Positions 17,974 through 28,011 of a stretch of 49,498 nt of DNA are shown piece by piece. Position numbers and translations under genes: made by a program. This stretch comes from a virus (taxonomy: Duplodnaviria > Caudoviricetes). The stretch covers positions 1 to 49,498 of IMG/VR virus record IMGVR_UViG_3300036798_000539, one strand, 5' to 3'. The notes beneath the pieces are model-generated. The model did no database searches and was not told the origin of the DNA. It saw only the letters and a program-made list of their open reading frames with translations. Every line of letters begins with the position of its first letter. Positions within the stretch are counted from its first letter, which is position 1.

Positions 17974-19284
17974 TTAGCCTCCTGTTAACCACTGTGGAAT
18001 AAACTGAACCCTTGCATGTTCGATTAACTGGCGAGCCAAATTTCGGCTCACAGCCTGATTATAGTTGATATCAAATTCAATAAGTTTCTTTTGTGCCAAA
18101 GTCTTAAATTCTGGTTGTACATCTTTTTGATCAAGAACTGCTGGACTACTAGATAACCCCAAATACATCCAATCACGCGAATACTGTGCCACGAAATTAA
18201 GAAATGTAATAACCGTCGCATTATCAACACCATAAGTATGAATTCTTACTTTTTCCCGACACAACTGACTAGACTGTAAAGTCGGTCCGAGATATGAATT
18301 CATCTCCAATGCTTTAGTTTCTTCACAATGAACAGCACCAAAGGGTGGAGGTAAGTTATCATCCACTAAGAAAGAAGGATATAAAACAAATGGGCACGTA
18401 AATCCTGGATACGGCGGAACATAGATTTGCATATAGAGCCAAATAGGAAGTGAACTCGACACCACCAATGTAGGATTAAATGTAGAAGGATCATCAATAA
18501 TTTGAGTTCCGTGTTTACTTTTCAGTGCATGACCACGGTAATGATAAAGGTCAGCTTGTTCGTACAACCGAGCCCTAGAATCAAAAGCAAACGTCATATT
18601 ACGATAATGACAGATATACAGATAATCAGGACCAATTTGATTAAAATGCTGAATTTCTGAAAGGGAAGTAAATATCACTTCATTAGAATCAACAGTAGAA
18701 TCTTCTTCCTGTAGAGTTGTCGAAGCATAATGAAATGAACCACTTACTTCAACATCGGTTGCCATTTCCACAGAGGGATTAGATTTCTGCAATACACACG
18801 TAAATTGATGACCACCACTCGCTGCACAAACCCATGCTCCATTCGTACAATCTTCAGGAATGTCTATACTGTCCCCTGGTTCCAATTCGATTGTACTTCC
18901 TGCCACATGCGAATATGCAGGGCCAGTAAAATCCACAAATAAGGGCTCAGCGGCAGCAAGTCCTTGGTCACTAGCACTAAGCGGATTATAGATAGTGCCG
19001 CCCTCAATGAACGAGGCAAGTGGACCTCCTGGCGAAACTTGAATTGCCTCTCCTGCTCTGCTCGTTGCAGTCACCAATCCCGGTGTAGCTATGATACCTG
19101 CTGTCGTAACAAGACCAGTGCTTGATGGAACCTTAATCCAATAATTCATGCCATCTAAAGGAAAAATAAATTTACGGTACAAAGAAAAAGCTAGAACTTG
19201 ATCTGCAGATAGAGTACGTACTCCTGCCTCAAGGGCAGCGCCAAGCGGAGGTTTAGAGTTTAATGCATCTAGTACTGATGCCAC
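17974..19284 (-). CDS. Head-closure / tail-completion fusion protein with an inserted domain
   Basis: Position between neck and sheath; LPIWL...LYPSFLV motif. Confidence 0.55.
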   Translation of the reverse strand: MASVLDALNSKPPLGAALEAGVRTLSADQVLAFSLYRKFIFPLDGMNYWIKVPSSTGLVTTAGIIATPGLVTATSRAGEAIQVSPGGPLASFIEGGTIYNPLSASDQGLAAAEPLFVDFTGPAYSHVAGSTIELEPGDSIDIPEDCTNGAWVCAASGGHQFTCVLQKSNPSVEMATDVEVSGSFHYASTTLQEEDSTVDSNEVIFTSLSEIQHFNQIGPDYLYICHYRNMTFAFDSRARLYEQADLYHYRGHALKSKHGTQIIDDPSTFNPTLVVSSSLPIWLYMQIYVPPYPGFTCPFVLYPSFLVDDNLPPPFGAVHCEETKALEMNSYLGPTLQSSQLCREKVRIHTYGVDNATVITFLNFVAQYSRDWMYLGLSSSPAVLDQKDVQPEFKTLAQKKLIEFDINYNQAVSRNLARQLIEHARVQFIPQWLTGG

Positions 19285-19415
19285 TATCTACGACCTAAGG
19301 ACGGACTTGAACAAGCACCTGGAGATTTTGGTAAAGGCTTCTTCGGCAATGGTCTTCCCTTACCTTGAGGACCACCCGGTCTATTAACCGGTGAACATGG
19401 TATTAGTATCGCCAT
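19284..19415 (-). CDS. Small Pro/Lys-rich hypothetical protein (43 aa)
   Basis: ATG overlaps the upstream TGA; its stop overlaps the next ATG. Confidence 0.35.
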   Translation of the reverse strand: MAILIPCSPVNRPGGPQGKGRPLPKKPLPKSPGACSSPSLGRR

Positions 19416-19576
19416 CACTTTACTCCAAATCCACCAAGCAGCACAGCCAGAAGCCAGAACGCAACAGCCAACCATCCAAAGTGAACAGCAAGTGGCGGTC
19501 GCGCAATGTTAGTCACAAATAATGACGCGATTACTGCAAACACGAACGCAAATACCAACAGGATTTGACCGAGCAT
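19415..19576 (-). CDS. Small two-transmembrane protein (53 aa), possibly holin-like
   Basis: Own translation MLGQILLVFAFVFAVIASLFVTNIARPPLAVHFGWLAVAFWLLAVLLGGFGVK; below the ORF-track cutoff. Confidence 0.55.
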   Translation of the reverse strand: MLGQILLVFAFVFAVIASLFVTNIARPPLAVHFGWLAVAFWLLAVLLGGFGVK

Positions 19577-19577
19577 T

Positions 19578-20081
19578 CTAGTTCTCCACCCATGCTCTAA
19601 AGCTACGTTGATATAACCCTGTGTCTACGAAGCTCGGGCGTGATGTAGCTCCCTTTGCATAAGGATGCTGCCGTAAATGCGAAATGCCTCTTTGTGCAGC
19701 TAATGTCGGAACATTTCCTCTGGTATGCAGCTCTTCTCTATTCAATCTTGTACGAAATCTTTTTTCAATTTTATCTGTTTCTTCAGTAGCAATACCAGTT
19801 TTTGGCTCTTCCATCGTCATAACTTCTTCAATATCTTCTCCAAAAGCATCTTCCAACATTTCTATAATATTATCTTCTTCCAATTCATAAAATGCTTCCA
19901 CGATGCCATACTTAGTCTCTAATTCATTAGCGATGTCACTTGTCGTTTTTCCCTGACCATATGATTGTTGAGCACGAGACAATATCTTCGGCTTACGTTT
20001 TTTCACAGAAGCAGTCAATGGTGAACCAGCACTGTACCTAGCCGGATAGGGAAAGCTTTCGAAGCCGAGCATTAACTTCAT
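19578..20081 (-). CDS. Neck / virion morphogenesis protein
   Basis: Start reassigned to the ATGA overlap at 20081; C-terminal RPSFVDTGLYQRSFRAW motif. Confidence 0.6.
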   Translation of the reverse strand: MKLMLGFESFPYPARYSAGSPLTASVKKRKPKILSRAQQSYGQGKTTSDIANELETKYGIVEAFYELEEDNIIEMLEDAFGEDIEEVMTMEEPKTGIATEETDKIEKRFRTRLNREELHTRGNVPTLAAQRGISHLRQHPYAKGATSRPSFVDTGLYQRSFRAWVEN

Positions 20082-20599
20082 GTCAGACCCCAGATCGTGC
20101 CCCACTCGCCAGAAATCATAAGGAACATGCGACCCCAAGGTGATTTCATTAGCTGAAGATCTAACAAAGTCATTCCCTTAATTACTTCAGGAATGTACAT
20201 AGATTCCGATGTGCCTTGGTCAGCAGCAGAATTTACCATCCCATATGTAGCAGAATTAATACCTAACTTAGTCCGTAAATCTGTCCAAAAAGTACCAGGA
20301 GGAGTAGCATTAGGGTCATCCTGGGCAAATTCAAGTAAAAGAGCACAACCGAGATTATAGACTGCAAACGCATAAAGAGAAGGAGTAGTAGGCTGACTTG
20401 GAACAGTCTGTATTCCATAATAAACTAGATTTAAAGCTTCATCATAAGCGACTTGGAGCCACGTATTATCAGGCATAGAGCCTGAAGGCACAGCCATTAT
20501 ATGCTGAACAAACCACTGAAACCCGGCAAAAGTCGGGTCGCCTGGAGGCAACCCCATAGGTGGAATAGTTTTAGGAACAAGTTGAAGAACTGCGTTCAT
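20078..20599 (-). CDS. Head-tail adaptor (DUF4054-like)
   Basis: AVYNLG...SAADQGTS...KSPWGR motifs; synteny. Confidence 0.6.
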   Translation of the reverse strand: MNAVLQLVPKTIPPMGLPPGDPTFAGFQWFVQHIMAVPSGSMPDNTWLQVAYDEALNLVYYGIQTVPSQPTTPSLYAFAVYNLGCALLLEFAQDDPNATPPGTFWTDLRTKLGINSATYGMVNSAADQGTSESMYIPEVIKGMTLLDLQLMKSPWGRMFLMISGEWGTIWGLT

Positions 20600-21123
20600 T
20601 TACGTCCACGTTTACCCATTGGTATCACAGCATCGCGAGAAACACGAACTCCTTCTGCCAAATGATCAAGTTCATCCGCATAGCCTGACTTAGGTTCTTC
20701 TTCCTGAAAACTCATTTCCAATTCGCGTAAAGGAGCCCCAACTTGCTCTTCTATTTGTGAATTAACTGCAAGTGCAGCTTCTTGACGCATCTTCTGGCCA
20801 AAATCTTTCAACGTATCGTCTTTCTTTACCATCGCCCGACGCAATTTTTCTACTGGTATTTGCTTACCAATAGAATAACAAATTCCGTCAAAAGGACCAC
20901 GCAGCCTATCAATATCATCAATAGGAACAATCCCGTATGCTCGATGCTGTTCAATAATAGCATCAATTTCCGGTGTACTAAGATCAACATGCTGCCCATT
21001 TGGCGAAATACGAATTTGACCACCAATAGGAATTGTCTGAACAATGACTCCTGGTCGTTCAGGAGAGCGATAACAGAATTGAAAAATCTGTTTTGAGACG
21101 TTCCCTATGTACAATTCAGGCAT
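20596..21123 (-). CDS. Hypothetical virion-associated protein
   Basis: Directly after the major capsid gene. Confidence 0.55.
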   Translation of the reverse strand: MPELYIGNVSKQIFQFCYRSPERPGVIVQTIPIGGQIRISPNGQHVDLSTPEIDAIIEQHRAYGIVPIDDIDRLRGPFDGICYSIGKQIPVEKLRRAMVKKDDTLKDFGQKMRQEAALAVNSQIEEQVGAPLRELEMSFQEEEPKSGYADELDHLAEGVRVSRDAVIPMGKRGRK

Positions 21124-21210
21124 TGGATTCTCTCTAAGTTAGAGCCGGTGTTTAGGGAGCGACCGGCGACGCTGATTTCGAGGACGTAGAGGACGACCCC
21201 GCCTAACCGG

Positions 21211-22233
21211 TTACTGGTACTGCATCGTCACAATTGTAACGGCCTCAGGACGAACTGCCCACCCGCTTGTGCAGCGTTGCTCAGCGAGCACATCAATTGC
21301 TCCGCCAGCCAGAGGTACCGGAATCTCCCGTGGTGCGGCCATATCGGCCAGCATCAAGGTACATGCCTCCATCGAAGGAGTCAGTTTAGCGAACTCATTG
21401 GTATTGATGCGAGCACCCTTTGGTTGCTCTACTTCTGGCATACAGACGATAACTGCGTCGTTACCGCCTGCACCCTTACCGATAAGGGTATCATCATAAC
21501 CCCAAACAATCTCATCATCGTTCATTTCCAGAACATCTTTCACAACGCCTGCCGTGCTCTGCGAACCAGCACCAGGACGCTGATAACTGGTAAGCTGAAC
21601 AATGTTCTGGTATTCCATCGCACCAAGAGTTCGCTGTGGACCAACGACTACAAACTTGTGACCAATTCCAAGTTGATTAGTTCTAGTCTTAATAGCACTG
21701 ATTTGTGAAATTAGGAAGAAAGCCATCTGACCATTGTCATAAGTAACAACAGTCGTATTCCCGGCGCTATCAGCCGGTAGCGTAATCGCAGTCGCTCCAC
21801 TCGCGTTGATCAGCCCTTCACCGTTTGCCGGGTTGAACCCATACAAGAGAGCATTCCGCATAAGCTGGAATGTCGCCTGCCGCATACCGAGCCGGTGCGC
21901 GTCTACAATTGACAAACCCCATCGCGCCATCGCTGCGGTATCATGATGGTCGTATTCAGCACGGACACGAAGAAGATAGGTGGGGGCACTGATCTGTGAG
22001 AGGGCGAAAGAAACACCGGGCAACTGGTTATAAGCCGATTGACCAGCGGCCATTCGAGTACGAAGATCGACGCGTTTGATGTAAGCATAGAGATCTCCGT
22101 CTGCCAACCGGATAAGTGGTGCGCCTGAAGCCAAGAGATCGAAGGCCCCAGATGCTTGTGAGTACGGCATCAATGTGTCAGGCATCATGTAAGAAGGATG
22201 TACCTGAACAAAGGCCGGAGAAATGTTAGCCAT
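21211..22233 (-). CDS. Major capsid protein (HK97 fold, DUF2184-like)
   Basis: 340 aa after scaffold and cement genes; LLYGFNPANGEGLIN and RCTSGWAVRPEA motifs; strong RBS AAGGAG. Confidence 0.8.
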   Translation of the reverse strand: MANISPAFVQVHPSYMMPDTLMPYSQASGAFDLLASGAPLIRLADGDLYAYIKRVDLRTRMAAGQSAYNQLPGVSFALSQISAPTYLLRVRAEYDHHDTAAMARWGLSIVDAHRLGMRQATFQLMRNALLYGFNPANGEGLINASGATAITLPADSAGNTTVVTYDNGQMAFFLISQISAIKTRTNQLGIGHKFVVVGPQRTLGAMEYQNIVQLTSYQRPGAGSQSTAGVVKDVLEMNDDEIVWGYDDTLIGKGAGGNDAVIVCMPEVEQPKGARINTNEFAKLTPSMEACTLMLADMAAPREIPVPLAGGAIDVLAEQRCTSGWAVRPEAVTIVTMQYQ

Positions 22234-22290
22234 GTCTTTACTCCTTTAAATTAGGCCAAGGATGGCCCCGGCCTCATCAGACTGGGATGA

Positions 22291-22908
22291 TTACAGAACG
22301 CAAAGAGCCCCTGCTCCGTTGTAGTTCCAAGTGGTGAAACCAGTTGCAGAAGTGTAGACTGGAACCATACACCCGGATGACTTGATTGAGAGGATCTTCA
22401 CCGGAAGTGCAGTAGTCGCAAAGGCGATAATCCTCTGGTTTACGAAGTCCCATGATACCTGGGCAGTGATAATACCACCTTCCAGGGAAATCAGAGTTGG
22501 ATCGATTGCCAATGCAACACGAGCACCAGAACCCATACGATAGAAATTTACCATTCCACCGTTACCGACTATTGGAACTGGAGACTGCGGCGTGTTCACC
22601 GCAGCATAGTTCTGGTCAAAGACACTAAATCCGGTAATATTCACATACGCCGCAGCTCGCGTGATAATACCACCCAAGGCAACATCTGCTCGTGTTACCG
22701 GGGGACGCTCCTGTGGAACGGCTTCCTGAATAGCCACCCCGCCGAACATTGGCAGAGTTTCAGTTGCGGCAAGCCAACCACCAGCAAGAGCGAAGCGAGT
22801 TGCCGGGTCTGGCATAGCAGTCCCAACAACGAATCCATCAGATTCGATATTGAACATCCCAGCAGCCGATGTTTGGACGACTGGATTGAATGCAATATTT
22901 ACAGCCAT
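22291..22908 (-). CDS. Capsid cement/decoration protein
   Basis: Between scaffold and major capsid gene; VNFYRMGSGARV motif. Confidence 0.65.
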   Translation of the reverse strand: MAVNIAFNPVVQTSAAGMFNIESDGFVVGTAMPDPATRFALAGGWLAATETLPMFGGVAIQEAVPQERPPVTRADVALGGIITRAAAYVNITGFSVFDQNYAAVNTPQSPVPIVGNGGMVNFYRMGSGARVALAIDPTLISLEGGIITAQVSWDFVNQRIIAFATTALPVKILSIKSSGCMVPVYTSATGFTTWNYNGAGALCVL

Positions 22909-22937
22909 CGAAGTAACCTTTCTCTAGAGGATCCGGA

Positions 22938-23936
22938 TTAGACCGAACCCAAGGTGCGGAAAGAAGCCACCCTACGACCAGGACGCCCCATCTGCTTGAC
23001 AAAGGATTCCTTGCCATAGAAGACATTCGACCGAACCCCTGTTGTAGGATCGATCTTTGTCACCATGCGCAATTCCCCTGCTTCCAAATCCAAAGGATTT
23101 GCAGCAGCGGATGCAGCATCTGAGTAGATTTGAGTCTCAATGGGACTAAAAGCTTCCTCATCAAGCTTTGAAAGTTTCACATTCTTCCACATAGAAGAAT
23201 GCATCTTCAGATTCGTTGCAAGCCGCTTGCGGTAGTCCATAAGACCTTCACCCTCAAGTGGCCGTGGAGCGTGCTTGCCGAAGCCCTGATACACAGTATC
23301 AGCACGAGCCTGAGCATCTGCAAAAGCAGCGTGCTCATCATCAGTCTTGGGCTTCATCATTCGCTCAAGTCGAGCAATGGTGGCTGCTTGGTCGTCGATC
23401 TGGCGACGTAATACACCAACGGAATCAGCCTTTTTAGCAGCATCATCCTTCTTATCATCGTCATCGTCGGACTTCTTATCATCATCATCATCATCATCTT
23501 TCTTATCGTCATCGTCGTCCGACTTTGCCTTGGCATCAGCTTTCTTTCTGCTGTCGCCTTTTTCCTCTCCCTTGTGCTTTATTTCAAGCTCGCCATCATC
23601 ATTCTTCTTGGCGTCAGCTTTCCTCTTATCACCCTTTACGGGAGACGGCGCATTAGGAACCGATGCAGCATCGTCTTTTTCCGATGCTCCTTCAGCATCC
23701 GCAAGGATTTTACTCTTGACGGTTGAGACTGCATCGTCCTTTTTGTCGTCGTCGTCATCGTCGTCTGCCTTGGATTTCGCCGCATCATCTTTCCTTTTTG
23801 CCCTGTCATCATCCCCCTTAATGGGAGTCTTGCTACCTTCGCCTGTCTCAAGTGCGTCCATCCTCTTTGTGAGTGCATCCATCTTAGAGATAGCATCGGC
23901 CATCAACGCGTCGATGCTTGTCGTACCTGCTGCCAT
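22938..23936 (-). CDS. Capsid scaffolding protein (D/K-rich)
   Basis: KKDDDDD repeats, coiled coil, APRPLEGEGLMDYRKRL; start placed at the ATG after GGAGGT. Confidence 0.7.
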   Translation of the reverse strand: MAAGTTSIDALMADAISKMDALTKRMDALETGEGSKTPIKGDDDRAKRKDDAAKSKADDDDDDDKKDDAVSTVKSKILADAEGASEKDDAASVPNAPSPVKGDKRKADAKKNDDGELEIKHKGEEKGDSRKKADAKAKSDDDDDKKDDDDDDDKKSDDDDDKKDDAAKKADSVGVLRRQIDDQAATIARLERMMKPKTDDEHAAFADAQARADTVYQGFGKHAPRPLEGEGLMDYRKRLATNLKMHSSMWKNVKLSKLDEEAFSPIETQIYSDAASAAANPLDLEAGELRMVTKIDPTTGVRSNVFYGKESFVKQMGRPGRRVASFRTLGSV

Positions 23937-23972
23937 GATAACCTCCAACTACATCGCGCGATTCTGCGCCGT

Positions 23973-25085
23973 TTAACGAACCATTAAGTCCCGACGAATC
24001 AGAAATTTGTCGAGCCTTTCCGCAAACTTATTCATTCCATCTGCAAGTCCAACCAAGCCGGGTGGAATACCCTGTTGCATCGGTGTCGGTTCAGCTCCTT
24101 CTCCGACGGGAGGCAAAGAAGGAGCGGGCAAAGCACTCACATCCGGCTTGGCTGTCACCATTTTTTCTTGTGGTTCCCCAATTTCTTCAGAATCTACCCG
24201 TATGCCACTAGCATCCTCACCTTTATCCCACACCCCTTTTTCACAAATTGCCAAATGATCAACAAAACTAGGCTCTCCCTCAACAAGTAAATGGCTCCCA
24301 TCTTCCATCTCTATAGTATAATTTACGTGAGGATCACGAAACACAACACTAGGTGAAGTTGATAGTAGACCTCCGTTTATCATAGAGATGGCGTCTCTAT
24401 CATAGACTTTAGCGATTCCCCACACTTCGTCTCCTTTAATGTAGGGTAGAAACATGGTGCCCACAACTCTTTGGGCAAACTCATCTGAATTGAGTATTTG
24501 AGTAGAAGGGTGTTCCATAATAATAGGGATGCCGTTGCAACGTTGTAAGAACTCAGGAGTAAGATATATGGTGTCACGACGATACACCCATTCATCCAGC
24601 TTAGGACGAAACGAAAACCCTGTTCCACTTATCCGCATATCGACCAAGCACACATTCTCGATATACTGCGGCGAAACGAGTTCCTGATCACGTATTGCTT
24701 CAGCAAGTTCAAGTTCATTCATTCCATTCATTCTGTGCAGAGCAACCGCAACTCCAGGATGTAAGTGCAATTGTTCTGCTGCACCAGGAGTCGCCCATAC
24801 ACAAGTATCGTGTTCACTATTCAAATGTGGCGTAAATTCACCATCCACATCATATTGGAATGTTGTAAAATCAACATCATCTTTTACTCTGCGACACAGA
24901 AGCTTACCAACATGACCGGTCCGAAAATCGGTTTCCTCAAAAGCTTCTCTGATAGCACACTGTTCCACGGTCTCAATATCTTCTTTTACACCACCTGGAA
25001 ACGCCCATCCTTTACCATCAGTACGACGGCAAAGTAGAATCTTACCCGAAGGAGCCTTGAATGCAATCCCTGCTGCAGTGATCAT
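23973..25085 (-). CDS. NUDIX hydrolase fused to DUF2213-type prohead protease
   Basis: Nudix box GGVKEDIETVEQCAIREAFEETD; protease motifs IIMEHP, STSP and DHLAICEKGVWDK. Confidence 0.8.
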   Translation of the reverse strand: MITAAGIAFKAPSGKILLCRRTDGKGWAFPGGVKEDIETVEQCAIREAFEETDFRTGHVGKLLCRRVKDDVDFTTFQYDVDGEFTPHLNSEHDTCVWATPGAAEQLHLHPGVAVALHRMNGMNELELAEAIRDQELVSPQYIENVCLVDMRISGTGFSFRPKLDEWVYRRDTIYLTPEFLQRCNGIPIIMEHPSTQILNSDEFAQRVVGTMFLPYIKGDEVWGIAKVYDRDAISMINGGLLSTSPSVVFRDPHVNYTIEMEDGSHLLVEGEPSFVDHLAICEKGVWDKGEDASGIRVDSEEIGEPQEKMVTAKPDVSALPAPSLPPVGEGAEPTPMQQGIPPGLVGLADGMNKFAERLDKFLIRRDLMVR

Positions 25086-25540
25086 GCACTCCCAGGCTCC
25101 CTAACTTGCTTGGGATGAGGCATACTCGGCTGCATGTTATCCTTGGTACGCGGCTTCACCTGCTCAGGTCGTTGCATTGCCCTTCTATGTTCAAACGCAT
25201 CCAAACGTCCTATCAATTCATCACACATAGAAGTAAGCTTTTGAATATCAGGCGCCTCACCTTTATTAAATCCCATATGTTGGTTGTCGTCACCACGAGC
25301 TTTACGTTGAGCGATTCCCACTGCTGCTTCCTCATTATGACCAGCTTCTAGCAATTTATTCACATTCTTATTTACAGTTTCTTTTGATTTGCCCTCTTCC
25401 AACGGTACACGGTCTGCTCGATCTACACCAGAGATCTTACCAGCATTCTTAGACGCATAGAAGACCTGTTCGCCCTTCTCAGCGCCGTACTGCGACTGCA
25501 TCGCGCCCTTTATCTTCTCACCTTTTTCAGTCAGTGGCAT
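25082..25540 (-). CDS. Head-region hypothetical protein with two small helical modules
   Basis: MPLTEKGEKI...YGAEKGEQVFYAS and PLEEGKSKETVNKNV...AAVGIA modules. Confidence 0.65.
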   Translation of the reverse strand: MPLTEKGEKIKGAMQSQYGAEKGEQVFYASKNAGKISGVDRADRVPLEEGKSKETVNKNVNKLLEAGHNEEAAVGIAQRKARGDDNQHMGFNKGEAPDIQKLTSMCDELIGRLDAFEHRRAMQRPEQVKPRTKDNMQPSMPHPKQVREPGSA

Positions 25541-25543
25541 TTG

Positions 25544-25717
25544 TTAGCGCCTTCGCCTTTTCTTCTCAAGATAATCCCGCGTTAAGTCTTCCCAACTCTC
25601 TTCAGACTCTTCACCAGCTTGTAGTCTCTTTGCCAAGGCAACCAAATCAGGTTCAGAAACTTTATACCGCTTCCGTAAATACTGTAAAGAACTTGCGATC
25701 TCATTATTGAGTGGCAT
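25544..25717 (-). CDS. Small hypothetical protein (57 aa)
   Basis: Own translation MPLNNEIASSLQYLRKRY...KKRRRR; fills the gap after the portal gene. Confidence 0.45.
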   Translation of the reverse strand: MPLNNEIASSLQYLRKRYKVSEPDLVALAKRLQAGEESEESWEDLTRDYLEKKRRRR

Positions 25718-27239
25718 TTTTATGCTCTAAAAGATGCACCACACTATCAGCCCGAGCCATCTTCACCTTTGGAATCTGAACATCACGTGTGCCTGCCCCA
25801 TTTTTACTTTCAGGCCCACCACCCATTATTGCTGCTTCTTGCTGTTCCTGTTCTTGATCTTCTGTTTCTTGGAACTTCTTCAACAAGGCTTGATAGTCAA
25901 GGTTCAACGGACTCGAATAAAGAAGCTTGTTATTCGTAACCGCGTCGGCAAGCCACTGAACAAGACGTGCCTTATTTTCAGGATCAAAGCTTAGTTCTAA
26001 AATCTGATAAACAGAGATTGCAGCCTTCATCTTAGTGTCGTCAACCTTGACTTGGTCGGAATCTGGCTCACGCAAATACGAAGGCCACAAAGCTTGATAG
26101 CTATTTGTCCACTCATAAAAGGCTTCACGGTACGTTGTATCTGCATACTTTTCCGGAAACTTCTTTCGAAGCATCTTAAAGAAGGCCGGGGTCCAGGCAC
26201 GGTGCATGACAATACGGTCAAGAAACCGGTATACCGGGTCCATGGTTTCCCGGAGTCGGTCCATATATCGTGCAACCGCTTTCGCATCCTCCGAACCTTC
26301 CCCAAACCCCTCGGCGAAAGATTCCTGGGTGAGGAGTTTTACCGGCATATCTACAGCGTTCGCTATATTTTCGAGTATATTACGTCTGGCAAGGACATGA
26401 GGCCCTTCCAGATTTTGCATATTCAAGGATTCTATATCTTCTTCTGGTGTAATATTGAGGACGTTACCGGTTTCTGCCTCTTTGACAAGGGCACGCTTGA
26501 ATCCAGCGGCCCATGACATAATGTTATCAACGAAGTTGCCCGGTTGTTTGATCTTAGCGACCAGGACACCAACTTTAGTTTCGACAAGATCATCAGCGAT
26601 AAGACTTTTAATATATGATTTCAGCGGATAAAAAGCACGCTGATAAGCACTACGACCGACATAGCCAAAAGCAGAAGTAGTATAACCAAGATATATTGGT
26701 TTTTCATTTGTAATTGTCACAGTCCGGGATTGGTGGTAAGCGGTCCCAGCTATGGCGATCTGGGTATATTTCATAAAATCCATTGCATTAGGATTTTGAT
26801 TCAGGACTAGGGAACCAGAAGTATTAAGAGGATCAAGAATATTAAAGCTGATATTAAGATCAGGTAAATCCCAGTAGTTGATAGCCTCATTGCTCTTCAG
26901 TCCATCAACCAATAATGCGATAGAAGCAACCCCATATATGCGACTGACAGTAAGAAGATTATGCACAAGGTAATCACCAGCAATATTCTTCCATTCATCA
27001 TTAAACGCATCCACACAGTATTCAGACGGGCTATCTGGAACCTTAATATTGCGCTTCTGCGCCATTGCCAGACTAACTGGACCTTCCACAATTCGCGATC
27101 CAAGTGGATGATATAAGTAGATTTCCTTGCAGGTTTCATAAGAAACCACATCACCAGGAACAATATCCGGGGCACACAATAGCTGCTGAAGAGCATTGCC
27201 CGGAGTTGTACTTACTGAGGATGAAGGAACTATTGCCAT
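25704..27239 (-). CDS. Portal protein (DUF1073-type)
   Basis: 511 aa after TerL; IYLYHPLG, FGYVGRS and GFGEGSEDAK motifs. Confidence 0.8.
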   Translation of the reverse strand: MAIVPSSSVSTTPGNALQQLLCAPDIVPGDVVSYETCKEIYLYHPLGSRIVEGPVSLAMAQKRNIKVPDSPSEYCVDAFNDEWKNIAGDYLVHNLLTVSRIYGVASIALLVDGLKSNEAINYWDLPDLNISFNILDPLNTSGSLVLNQNPNAMDFMKYTQIAIAGTAYHQSRTVTITNEKPIYLGYTTSAFGYVGRSAYQRAFYPLKSYIKSLIADDLVETKVGVLVAKIKQPGNFVDNIMSWAAGFKRALVKEAETGNVLNITPEEDIESLNMQNLEGPHVLARRNILENIANAVDMPVKLLTQESFAEGFGEGSEDAKAVARYMDRLRETMDPVYRFLDRIVMHRAWTPAFFKMLRKKFPEKYADTTYREAFYEWTNSYQALWPSYLREPDSDQVKVDDTKMKAAISVYQILELSFDPENKARLVQWLADAVTNNKLLYSSPLNLDYQALLKKFQETEDQEQEQQEAAIMGGGPESKNGAGTRDVQIPKVKMARADSVVHLLEHKNATQ

Positions 27240-27623
27240 TTAGATTGAGACCGTAAACGTCGTATTGGCAGGACAACTTTGAACCCAACACCCATTCGAA
27301 AATGAGATAGCGATTGAACTGAGACTCTTTGGCCAAGTTGGAGCAGTCATACCAGGAGTTAGAGCAACTCCGGGTCTGGGCTCATATTCACAAGCCAACG
27401 CTCTTAAATTTGCGGCATACAAGATAGGAACGGGACCAGTAGGAGCGACTGCTGAATCAACCAAAACTAATTGAGTAGAATCATCTGTAGATGTAGATGT
27501 TGGTTGAGCCATAGTAAATGCGCTGATTGTCCCAGCAACAGTTGCTAGAGCAGTCCCAACACTAGCAGATGTAACCGTGTGTGGAGTTGCGACTAGTGGT
27601 TGCGGTTCTGGTTCCTGAGCCAT
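27240..27623 (-). CDS. Small beta-rich protein, paralog of 27631-28011
   Basis: Shared VGT.L and VQSCP..T(F/Y).V motifs; start moved to MAQEP. Confidence 0.6.
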   Translation of the reverse strand: MAQEPEPQPLVATPHTVTSASVGTALATVAGTISAFTMAQPTSTSTDDSTQLVLVDSAVAPTGPVPILYAANLRALACEYEPRPGVALTPGMTAPTWPKSLSSIAISFSNGCWVQSCPANTTFTVSI

Positions 27624-27630
27624 TGCTCTT

Positions 27631-28011
27631 TTACCCTGTCGTGACGGAATAGGTCGCTCCTTTGGGACATGATTGAACATATAGACTTGTAAAAGGAATG
27701 TTAATACCGCTTACCTTCTTACTAGGGTGTGGAGAAAACCCACCATTCGTGTGACCACTTAGATTAAAAATTACGCGATTTGGAGTTACACCGTTATCAA
27801 CTAAACAGAAATAGCCGGTCAATGGCAATCCTGTATTAGGATCAAATGTTGGGACCTCATATGAACTTGGCGGCGCAGTAAAAAGAAGCGAGGTGATATT
27901 TCCAGCAGTAGCATCAAGCGTCGTACCAACTTGGGCACCTGCTATAGGAAAAGTTCCATGTGCCCGAGGAGTTACTTCTGGTTCTGATGTTTGTTCTACT
28001 TCTTCTGCCAT
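27631..28011 (-). CDS. Small beta-rich protein, paralog of 27240-27623
   Basis: C-terminal LYVQSCPKGATYSV. Confidence 0.6.
   Translation of the reverse strand: MAEEVEQTSEPEVTPRAHGTFPIAGAQVGTTLDATAGNITSLLFTAPPSSYEVPTFDPNTGLPLTGYFCLVDNGVTPNRVIFNLSGHTNGGFSPHPSKKVSGINIPFTSLYVQSCPKGATYSVTTG

Noticed and set aside
23347-23976. 209-aa Ser-rich + strand ORF
   Set aside because: It is the antisense shadow of the Asp-rich scaffold gene.
25704-27239. Anti-CBASS Acb1 label often attached to DUF1073 proteins
   Set aside because: Size and position after TerL identify a portal, and no HxT phosphoesterase motif pair was recognised.
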